64,000 nucleotides of DNA from assembly GCA_951406725.2 (NCBI GenBank), contig OX597820.1, forward strand, positions 8,060,001 through 8,124,000. Direction: 5' to 3'. Shown in pieces: positions 54,251 through 64,000 of the stretch. Both the position numbers and the translations under genes were made by a program. Below the pieces are notes generated by a model. The model had not been told where the DNA came from. It worked only from the letters and a program-made list of their open reading frames with translations, and did not search any database. The stretch comes from Octopus vulgaris. Lineage: Eukaryota. Every line of letters starts with the position of its first letter. Position 1 is the first letter of the stretch.

Positions 54251-57200
54251 CATTCCAGAGAGGGGGATTTGAGGGTGAAGACGAGGAAGGGGAGGAAGGA
54301 ATATTGAACATTCCAGAGAGGGGAATTTGAAGATGAAATTGAGGAAGGAATGGAAGGAATATTAAACATTCCAGAGAGGGGGATTTGAAGGTGAAGGGGA
54401 CGAAGTGGAGGATGGAATATTAAACATTTCAGAGAGGGGGATTTGAAGATGAAAGGGAGGAAGGAATGGAAGGAATATTGAACATTCCAGAGAGGGGGAT
54501 TTGAAGGTGAATTGGAGGAAGGGGAGGAAGGAATATAAAACATTCCAGAGAGGGGAATTTGAAGATGAAAGGGAGGAAGGAATGGAAGGAATATTGGACA
54601 TTCCAGAGAGGGGTTTGAAGGTGAAGGGTAGAAAGGGGAGGAAGGAATATAAAACATTCCAGAGAGGGGATTTGAAGATGAAGGGAGGAAGGAATGGAAG
54701 GAATATTAAAGTATTCCAGAGAGGGGGATTTGAAGGTGAAGGGGAGGAAGGTGAGGAAGGAATATTAAACATTCCAGAGAGGGGGATTTGAAGATGAAGG
54801 GGAGGGAGGGAGAGAAAGGAATATTGAACATTCCAGAGAGGGGGATTTGAAGGTGAAGGGGAGGAAGGGGAGGAAGGAATATTGAACATTCCAGAGAGGG
54901 ATTTTGAAGTGAAGGGGAGGAAGGGGAGGAAGGAATATTGAACATTCCAGAGAGGGGGATTTGAAGGTGAAGGGGAGGGAAGGATGGAAGGAATATTAAA
55001 CATTCCAGAGAGGGGGATTTGAAGGTGAATGGGAGGAAGGGATGGAAGGAATATTAAACATTCCAGAGAGGGGGATTTGAAGGGTTATGGGAGGAAGGGA
55101 TGGAAGGAATATTAAACATTCCAGAGAGGGGGATTTGAAGGTGAAGGGGAGGAGGGATGGGAAGGAATATTAAACATTCCAGAGAGGGGGATTTGAAGGT
55201 GAATGGGAGGGAGGGATGGAAGGAATATTAAACATTCCAGAGAAGGATTTGAAGGTGAAGGGGAGGAAGGGATGGAAGGAATATTGAACATTCCAGAGAG
55301 GGGGATTTGAAGGTGAAGGGGAGGAAGGAATGGAAGGAATATTAAACATTCCAGAGAGGGGGATTTGAAGGTGAAGGGGAGGAAGGGATGGAAGGAATAT
55401 TAAACATTCCAGAGAGGGGATTTCAAGGTGAAGGTGAGGAAGGGATGGAAGGAATTTTAAACATTGCAGAGAGGGGGATTTGAAGGTGAAGGAGAGGAAG
55501 GGGAGGAAGGAATATTGAACATTCCAGAGAGGGGATTTGAAGGTGAAGGGGAGGAGGGGATGGAAGGAATATTAAACATTCCAGACAGGGGGATTTGAAG
55601 GTGAAGGAGAGGTAAGGGATGGAAGGAATATTAAACATTCCAGAGAGGGGGATTTGAAGGTGAATGGGAGGAAGGGATGGAAGGAATATTAAACATTCCA
55701 GAGAGGGGGATTTGAAGGTGAAGGGGAGGGAGGGATGGAAGGAATATTAAACATTCCAGAGAGGGGATTTGAAGGTGAAGGGGAGGAAGGGATGGAAGGA
55801 ATATTGAACATTCCAGAGAGGGGGATTTGAAGGTGAATGGGAGGAAGGGATGGAAGGAATATTAAACATTCCAGAGAGGGGGATTTGAAGGTGAAGGGGA
55901 GGGAGGGATGGAAGGAATATTAAACATTCCAGAGAGGGGGATTTGAAGGTGAAGGGGAGGAAGGGATGGAAGGAATATTGAACATTCCAGAGAGGGGGAT
56001 TTGAAGGGTGAAGACGAGGAAGGGATGGAAGGAATATTGAACATTCCAGAGAGGGGGATTTGAAGGTGAAGGGGAGGAAGGGGAGGAAGGAATGGAAGGA
56101 ATATTAAACATTCAGGAGAGGGGGATTTGAAGGTGAATGGGAGGAAGGGATGGAAGGAATATTAAACATTCCAGAGAGGGGATTTGAAGGTGAAGGAGAG
56201 GAAGGGAGGAAGGAAATATTAAACATTCCAGAGAGGGGGATTTGAAGGTGAAGAGGAGGAAGGGATGGAAGGAATATTAAACATTCCAGAGAGGGGGATT
56301 TGAAGGTGAAGGAGAGGAAGGGATGGAAGGAATATTAAACATTCCAGTGAGGGGGATTTGAAGGTGAATGGGAGGAAGGGATGGAAGGAATATTAAACAT
56401 TCCAGAGAGGGGGATTTGAAGGTGAAGGGGAGGAAGGGGAGGAAAGGAATATTAAACATTCCAGAGAGGGGGATTTGAAGGTGAAGGAGAGTAAGGGATG
56501 GAAGGAATATTAAACATTCCAGAGAGGGGATTTGAAGGTGAAGGGGAGGGAAGGGGAGGAAGGAATATTAAACATTCCAGAGAGGGGGATTTGAAGGTGA
56601 ATGGGAGGAAGGGGAGGAAGGCATATTGAACATTCCAGAGAGGGGAATTTGAAGATGAAAGGGAGGAAGGAATAGAAGGAATATTAAACCATTCCAGAGA
56701 GGGGGATTTGAAGGTGAACGGGAGGAAGGGGAGGAAGGAATATTAAACATTCCAGAGAGGGGGATTTGAAGGTGAAGGGGAGGAAGGGGGGAAAGAATAT
56801 TAAACATTCCAGAGAGGGGGATTTGAATGTGAAGGGGAGGAAGGGATGGAAGGAATATTAAACATTCCAGAGAGGGGGATTTGAAGGTGAATGGGAAGAA
56901 GGGATGGAAGGAATATTAAACATTCCAGAGGGGGGATTTGAAGGTGAAGGGGAGGGAAGGATGGAAGGAATATTAAACATTCCAGAGAGGGGGATTTGAA
57001 GGTGAATTGGAGAGGAAGGGATGGAAGGAATATTAAACATTCCAGAGAGGGGATTTGAAGGTGAATGGGAGGAAGGGATGGAAGGAATATTAAACATTCC
57101 AGAGAGGGGGATTTGAAGGTGAAGGGGAGGGAGGGATGGAAGGAATATTAAACATTCCAGAGGGGGATTTGAAGGTGAATGGGAGGGAAGGGATGGAAGG

Positions 57201-58550
57201 AATATTAAACATTCCAGAGAGAAGGATTTGAAGGTGAAGGGAGGAAGGGTAGAAGGAATATTGAACATTCCAGAGATGGGGATTTGAAGGTGAAGGGGAG
57301 GAAGGAATGGAAGGAATATTAAACATTCCAGAGAGGGGGATTTGAAGGTGAAGGGGAGGAAGGGATGGAAGGAATATTAAACATTCCAGAGAGGGGGATT
57401 TCAAGGTGAAGGGGAGGAAGGGATGGAAGGAATATTAAACATTCCAGAGAGATTTGAAGGTGAAGGAGAGGAACGGGGAGGAAGGAATATTGAACATTCC
57501 AGAGAGGGGGATTTGAAGGTGAAGGGGAGGAAGGGATGGAAGGAATATTAAACATTCCAGAGAGGGGGATTTGAAGGTGAAGGAGAGTAAGGGATGGAAG
57601 GAATATTAAACATTCCAGAGAGGGGGATTTGAAGGTGAATGGGAGGAAGGGATGGAAGGAATATTAAACATTCCAGAGAGGGGGATTTGAAGGTGAAGGG
57701 AGAAAGGATGGAAGGAATATTAAACATTCCAGAGAGGATTTGAAGGTGAAGGGGAGGGAGGATGGAAGGAATATTAAATATTTCAGAGAGGGATTTGAAG
57801 GTGAAGGAGAGTAAGGGATGGATGGAATATTAACATTCCAGAGAGGGGATTTGAGGTGAAGACGAGGAAGGGGAGGAAGGAATATTAAACATTCCAGAGA
57901 GGGAATTTGAAGATGAAATTGAGGAAGGAATGGTAGGAATATTAAACATTCCAGAGAGGGGGATTTGAAGGTGAAGGGGACGAAGTGGAGGATGGAATAT
58001 TAAACATTTCAGAGAGGGGGATTTGAAGATGAAAGGGAGGAAGGAATGGAAGGAATATTGAACATTCCAGAGAGGGGGATTTGAAGGTGAATTGGAGGAA
58101 GGGGAGGAAGGAATATTGAACATTCCAGAGAGGGTATTTGAATATGAAAGGGAGGAAGGAATGGAAGGAATATTGGACATTCCAGAGAGGGGGATTTGAA
58201 GGTGAAGGGTAGAAAGGGGAGGAAGGAATATTAAAACATTCCAGAGAGGGATTTGATGATGAAAGGGAGGAAGGAATGGAAGGAATATAAAGTATTCCAG
58301 AGAGGGGGATTTGAAGGTGAAGGGGAGGAAGGTGAGGAAGGAATATTAAACATTCTAGAGAGGGGGATTTGAAGATGAAGGGGAGGGAGGGAGAGAAAGG
58401 AATATTGAACATTCCAGAGAGGGGGATTTGAAGGTGAAGGGGAGGAAGGGGAGGAAGGAATTTTGAACATTCCAGAGTGGGGGTTTTGAAGGTGAATGGG
58501 GGGAAGGGGAGGAAGGAATATTGAACATTCCAGAGGGGGATTTGAAGGTG
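51370..58550 (+). repeat. Tandem higher-order duplication, ~3.59 kb (~62 monomers) x2, junction near 54960
   Basis: GGGTAATGGG/GGGTTATGGG 51491/55082, AGAAGGATTT 51651/55241, TCCAGACAGG 51991/55580, AAGACGAGG 52421/56011, GAGATGGGG 53681/57273, GATGAAATTG 54332/57912; offsets 3580-3592. Confidence 0.87.
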
Positions 58551-61500
58551 AATGGGAGGAAGTGGAGGATGGAATATTAAAAATTCCAGAGACGGGTATT
58601 TGAAGGTGAAGGGGAGGAAGGAATGGAAGGAATATTGAACATTCAAGAGGGGGATTTGAGGGTGAAGACGAGGAAGTGATGAAAAGGAATATTGAACATT
58701 CCAGAGAGGGGGATTTGAAGGTGAAGGAGAGGAAGGGGAGGAAGGAATATTGAACATTCCAGAAAGGGGATTTGAAGGTGAAGGGGAGGAATGGGAGGAA
58801 GGAATATTGAACATTCCAGAGAGGGGGATTTGAAGGTGAAGGGTGGAAAGGGAGGAAGGAATATCGAACATTCTAGAGAGGAAATTTTAAGGTGAAGGGA
58901 AGGAAGGGGAGGAAGGAATATTGAACATTCCAGAGGGGGATTTGAAGGTGAAGGGGAGGAAGGGGAGGAAGGAATATTGAACATTCCAGAGAGGGGAATT
59001 TAAAGGTGAAGGTGAGGAAGGGGAGGAAGGAATATTGAACATTCCAGAGAGGGGGATTTGAATTTGAAGTGGATGAAAGGGAAGAAGGAATATTAAACAT
59101 TCCAGAGAGGGGGATTTGATGGTGAAGGGGAAAAAGGGGAGGAAGTAATATTAAACATTCCAGAGAGGGGGATTTGAAGGTGAAGGGGAGGAAGGGAAGG
59201 AAGGAATATTAACATTCCAGAGAGGGGAATTTGAAGGTGAAGGGGAGGAAGGGGAGGAAGGAATATTAAACATTCCAGAGAGGGGGAATTTGAAGATGAA
59301 AGGGAGGAAGGAATGGAAGGAATATTTAACATTCCAGAGAGGGGGATTTGAAAGGTGAAGGGGAGGAATGGGAGGAAGGAATATTAGACATTCCAGAGAG
59401 GGGGATTTGAAGGTGAAGGGGAGGAAGGAGAGAAAGGAATATTAAACATTCCAGAGAGAGGGATATGAAGGTGTAGGGCAGGAAGTGGAGGAAGGAATAT
59501 TGAACATTCCAGAAAGGAATATTTGAAGGTGAAGGGGAGGAAGGGGAGGAAGGAGTATTAAACATTCCAGAGAGGGGATTTGAAGATGAATGGGAGGAAG
59601 GAATGGAAGGAATATTAAACATTCCAGAGAGGGGGATATGAAGGTGAAGGGAAGGAAGGAGAGGAAGGAATATTGTACATTCCAGAGAGGGGGATTTGAA
59701 GGTGAAGGGGAGGAAGGGAGGAAAGGAATATTAAACATTCCAGAGAGGGGGATTTAAAGGTGAAGGGGAGGAAGGAGAAAAGGAATATTAAACATTCCAG
59801 AGAGGGGGATTTGAAGGTGAAGGGAGGAAGGGGAGGAAGGAATATTAAACATTCCAGAGAGGGGGATTTGAAGGTGAAGGGGAGGAAGGGGAGTAAGGAA
59901 TATTAAACATTCCAGAAAGGGGGATTTGAAGGTTGAAGGGGAGGAAGGGAAAAAGGAATATTGAACATTCCAGAGAGGGGATTTGAAGGTGAAGGAGAGT
60001 AAGGGATGGAAGGTATATTGAACATTCCAGAGAGGGGGATTTGAAGGTGAAGGAGGGAAGGGGAGGAAGGAATATTAAACATTCCAGTGAGAGGATTTGA
60101 AGGTGAAGGAGAGTAACGGATGGAAGGAATATTGAACATTCCAGAGAGGGGGATTTGAAGGTGAAGGGGAGGAAAGTGAGGAAAGAATATTGAACATTCC
60201 AGAAAGGGGCCTTTGAAGGTGATGGGGAGGAAGGGGAGGAAGGAATATTGAACATTCCAGAGAGGGGGATTTGAAGGTGAAGAGGGGAAGGGTAGTAAGG
60301 AATATTGAACATTCCAGAGAGGGGGATATGAAGGTGAAGGAGAGTAAGGGATGGAATGAATATTGAACATTCCAGAGAGGGGGATTTGAAGGTGAAGGGG
60401 AGGCAGGGATGGAAGGAATATTAAACATTCCAAGAGGGGGATTTGAAGGTGAATGGGGAGGACGGGATGGAAGGAATATTAAACATTCCAGTGAGGGGGA
60501 TTTGAAGGTGAAGAGGAGGAAAGGATGGAAGGAATATTAAACATTCCAGAGAGGGGATTGAAGGTGAAAGGGAGGAAGGGATGGAAGGAATATTAAACAT
60601 TCCAGAGAGGGGGATTTGAAGGTGAAGGGGAGGAAGGGATGGAAAGAATATTAAACATTCCAAAGAGAGGGATTTGAAGGTGATGGGGAGGAAGGGATGG
60701 AAGGAATATTAAACATTCCAGTGAGGGGGATTTGAAGGTGAAGGAGAGGAAGGGGAAGGAAGGAATATTGAACATTCCAGAGAGGGGGATTTGAAGGTGA
60801 AGGGGAGGAAGGGATGGAAGGAATATTAAACATTCCAGAGAGGGGGATTTGAAGGTGAAGGAGAGTAAGGAATGGAAGGAATATTAAACATTCCAGAGAT
60901 TGGGATTTGAAGGTGAAGGGGAGGAAGGGATGGAAGGAATATTAAACATTCCAGTGAGAGGGATTTGAAGGTGAATAGGAGGAAGGGATGGAAGGAATAT
61001 TAAACATTCCAGAGAGGGGGATTTGAAAGGTGAAAAGGAGGAAGGGATGGAAGGAATATTAAACATTCCACAGAGGGGGATTTGAAGGTGAAGGGGAGGA
61101 AGGGATGGAAGGAATATTAAACATTCCAGAGAGGGGGATGTGAAGGTGAATGCGAGAGGAAGGGTTGGAAGTAATATTAAACATGCCAGAGAGGGGGATT
61201 TGAAGGTGAAGGGGAGGAAGGGATGGAAGGAATATTAAACATTCCAGAGAGGGGGATTTGAAGGTGAAGGAGAGGAAGGGATGGAAGGAATATTAAATAT
61301 TCCAGAGAGGGGGATTTGAAGGTGAAGGGGAGGAAGGGGGAAAGGAATATTAAACAATCCAGAGAGGGATATTTGAAGGTGAAGGTGAGGGAGTGATGGA
61401 AGGAATATTAAACATTCCAGAGAGGTGATTTGAAGGTGAAGTGGAGGAAGGGTTAGAAGGAATATTAAACATTCCAGAGAGGGGGATTTGAAGGTGAAGG

Positions 61501-64000
61501 AGAGGAAGGGGAGGAAGGAATATTGAACATTCCAGAGAGGGGGATTTGAAGGTGATGGGGGAAGGAATATTAAACATTCCAGTGAGGGGGATTTGAAGGT
61601 GAAGGGGAGGTAAGGATGGAAGGAATATTAAACATTCCAGAGGGGGATTTGAAGGTGAAGGGGAGGAAGGGATGGAAGGAATATTAATCATTCCAGTGAG
61701 GGGGATTTGATGGTGAATGGGAGGAAGGGGAGGAAGGAATGGAAGGAATATTAAACATTCCACAGAGGGGGATTTGAAGGTGAATGGGAGGAAGGGATGG
61801 AAGGAATATAAACATTCCAGAGAGGGGATTTGAAGGTGAAGGGGAGGAAGGGATGGAAGGAATATTAAACATTCCAAGAGGGGGCTATGAAGGTGAAGGG
61901 GAGGAAGGTGAGGAAGGAATATTGAACATTCCAGAGAGGGGATTTTGAAGGTGAAGGGGAAGAAGTGATGGAAGGAATATTAAAACATTCCAGAGAGGGG
62001 GATTTGAAGGTGAAGGAGAGTAAGGGATGGAAGGAATATTAAACATTCCAGAGAGGGGGATTTGAAGGTGAAGGGGAGGAATGGATGGAAGGAATATTAA
62101 ACATTCCAGTGAGGGGTTTTGAAGGTGAAGAGGAGGAAGGGATGGAAGGAATATTAAACATTCCAGGAAGAGGGGATTTGAAGGTGAAGGGGAGGAAGGG
62201 ATGGAAGGAATATTAAACATTCCAGTGAGGGGGATTTGAAGGTGAATGGGAGGAAGGGATGGAAGGAATATTAAACATTCCAGAGAGGGGGATTTGAAGG
62301 TGAAGGGGAGGAAGGGGGAGGAAGGAATATTAAACATTCCAGAGAGGGGGATTTGAAGGTGAAGGAGAGTAAGGGATGGAAGGAATATTAAACATTCCAG
62401 AGAGGGGGATTTGAAGGTGAAGGGGAGGAAGGGATGGAAGGAATATTAAACATTCCAGAGGGGGATTTCAAGGTGAATGGGAGGAAGGGGAGGAAGGCGT
62501 ATTGAACATTCCAGAGAGTGGAATTTGAAGGTGAAAGGGAGGAAGGAATAGAAGGAATATTAAAACATTCCAGAGAGGGGGATTTGAAGGTGAACGGGAG
62601 GAAGGGAGGAAGGAATATTAAACATTCCAGAGAGGGGGATTTGAAGGTGAAGGGGAGGAAGGATGGAAAGGAATATTGAAACATTCCAGAGAGGGGGATT
62701 TGAAGGTGAAGGGGAGGAAGGGATGGAAGGAATATTAAACATTCCAGAGAGGGGGATTTGAAGGTGAAGGGGAGGCAGGGATGGAAGGAATATTAAACAT
62801 TCCAGAGAGGGGGATTTGAAGGTGAATGGGAGGAAGGGATGGAAGGAATATTAAACATTCCAGAGAGGGGGATTTGAAGGTGAATTGGAGGAAGGGATGG
62901 AAGGAATATTAAACATTCCAGAGAGGGGGATTTGAAGGGGAATGGGAGGAAGGGATGGAAGGAATATTAAACATTCCAGAGAGGGGGATTTGAAGGTGAA
63001 GGGGGAGGAGGGATGGGGAGGAATATTAAACATTCCAGAGGGGGATTTGAAGGTGAATGGGAGGAAGGGATGGAAGGAATATTAAACATTCCAGAGAGAA
63101 GGATTTGAAGGTGAAGGGGAGGATGGGGTAGAAGGAATATTGAACATTCGAGAGAGGGGGATTTGAAGGTGAAGGGGAGGAAGGGATGGAAGGAATATTA
63201 AACATTCCAGAGAGGGGGATTTGAAGGTGAAGGGGAGGAAGGGATGGAAGGAATATTAAACATTCCAGAGAGGGGGATTTCAAGGTGAAGGTGAGGAAGG
63301 GATGGAAGGAATTTTAAACATTCCAGAGAGGGGGATTTGAAGGTGAAGGAGAGGAAGGGGAGGAAGGAAAATTGAACATTCCAGAGAGGGGGATTTGAAG
63401 GTGAAGGGGAGGAAGGGATGGAAGGAATATTAAACATTCCAGAGAGGGGGATTTGAAGGTGAAGGAGAGTAAGGGATGGAAGGAATATTAAACATTCCAG
63501 AGAGGGGGATTTGAAGGTGAATGGGAGGAAGGGATGGAAGGAATATTAAACATTCCAGAGAGGGGATTTGAAGGTGAAGGGAGGAAGGGATGGAAGGAAT
63601 ATTAAACTTTCCAGAGAGGGGGATTTGAAGGTGAAGGGGAGGAAGGTATGGAAGGAATATTGAACATTCCAGAGAGGGGGATTTGAAGGTGAATGGGAGG
63701 AAGGGATGGAAGGAATATTAAACATTCCAGAGAGGGGGATTTGAAGGTGAAGGGGAGGGAGGGATGGAAGGAATATTAAACTTTCCAGAGAGGGGGATTT
63801 GAAGGTGAAGGGGAGGAAGGTATGGAAGGAATATTGAACATTCCAGAGAGGGGGATTTGAAGGTGAAGACGAGGAAGGGATGGAAGGAATATTGAACATT
63901 CCAGAGAGGGGGATTTGAAGGTGAAGGGGAGGAAGGGAGGAAGGAATGGAAGGAATATTAAACATTCCAGAGAGGGGGATTTGAAGGTGAATGGGGAGGA
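57880..64000 (+). repeat. Copy 2 of the >=6 kb duplicated segment (runs off window end)
   Basis: Same ordered markers as 46500-52560 at +11380 to +11385, shifting to about +11445 by ~62.5 kb (AGAAGGATTT 51651/63097, AAGACGAGG 52421/63866). Confidence 0.9.

Larger units (their letters stand above)
1..64000 (+). repeat. 58-bp tandem satellite DNA array (~1,100 head-to-tail monomers), running off both window edges
   Basis: The unit AAACATTCCAGAGAGGGGGATTTGAAGGTGAAGGGGAGGAAGGGATGGAAGGAATATT (58 nt; A21 G24 T10 C3) recurs continuously in one orientation from base 1 to 64000 with no unique sequence between copies. Confidence 0.99.
40618..64000 (+). repeat. Divergent satellite domain (~400 monomers) with nested higher-order duplications
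   Basis: Same 58-bp frame and orientation, but most monomers carry one or more substitutions (e.g. GGAGAGTAAGG, GAATGGG, GATGAAAGGG, CCAGAAAGG). Ordered series of rare variants recur at fixed offsets. Confidence 0.95.

Noticed and set aside
132-63965. All ORFs in the six-frame track (Pro/Ser/Leu-rich on minus, Gly/Lys/Arg/Glu-rich on plus)
   Set aside because: They are translations of the 58-bp repeat in rotating frames. They overlap in all three frames, their lengths follow the A/G allele and 1-bp indels, and they contain no recognisable domain or unique sequence.
40618-64000. CRISPR-like appearance (conserved part alternating with a more variable part)
   Set aside because: The variable portions are homologous point variants of one sequence rather than unique spacers. 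No cas genes or leader are present.
1-64000. AGGAGG/GGAGG Shine-Dalgarno-like motif a few bases upstream of ATG in each monomer (GGAGGAAGGGATG)
   Set aside because: The ATG opens only a short frame (MEGILNIPERGI then stop in the consensus). This is a chance product of a purine-rich repeat with no prokaryotic gene context.
1-64000. Identification as human HSat2/3, telomeric repeat, alpha satellite or a CENP-B box-containing repeat
   Set aside because: Only one CATTCC per 58 bp with no 5-bp periodicity, no TTAGGG-type arrays, a monomer that is not 171 bp, and no CpG, which the CENP-B box requires.
1-64000. Canonical three-tetrad G-quadruplex calls
   Set aside because: Only three G>=3 runs per monomer with loops of 13, 5 and 28 nt, so the standard pattern is not met. 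Kept only as weak non-canonical potential.
1-64000. Mobile element insertion, inversion or RNA gene within the array
   Set aside because: I found no non-satellite sequence, strand switch, terminal repeat, target-site duplication or tRNA/rRNA-like segment.

Overview
The whole 64 kb window is one head-to-tail tandem array (about 1,100 copies) of a 58-bp satellite monomer, consensus RAACATTCCAGAGAGGGGGATTTGAAGGTGAAGGGGAGGAAGGGATGGAAGGAATATT (R = A/G). For the A allele, 45 of 58 bases are purines on the + strand, there are only 3 C, and there is no CpG. All copies face the same way. The only interruption is a 100-N scaffold gap at 40518-40617. I found no genes, RNA genes, mobile elements or CRISPR array, and every ORF in the supplied track is a translation of the repeat. 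The array and gap style suggest eukaryotic heterochromatic satellite, but I cannot name the family or organism. Left of ~39.8 kb the array is nearly homogeneous, varying mainly at one A/G site and in G-run length, which may be partly a consensus or polishing artefact. Right of the gap the monomers carry many substitutions. Shared rare variants there reveal nested duplications with offsets of ~1.27, ~1.97, ~2.95, ~2.9-3.2, ~3.59 and ~11.38 kb. The monomer is built from 9-bp GAAGGnnnn subunits. It carries a TEAD-like ACATTCCA core and a heat-shock-element-like GAAnnTTCnnGAR motif whose match depends on the A/G allele. I see no evidence of a new protein-coding system. The interest lies in array architecture and possible motif function. 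All offsets and counts were read by eye.
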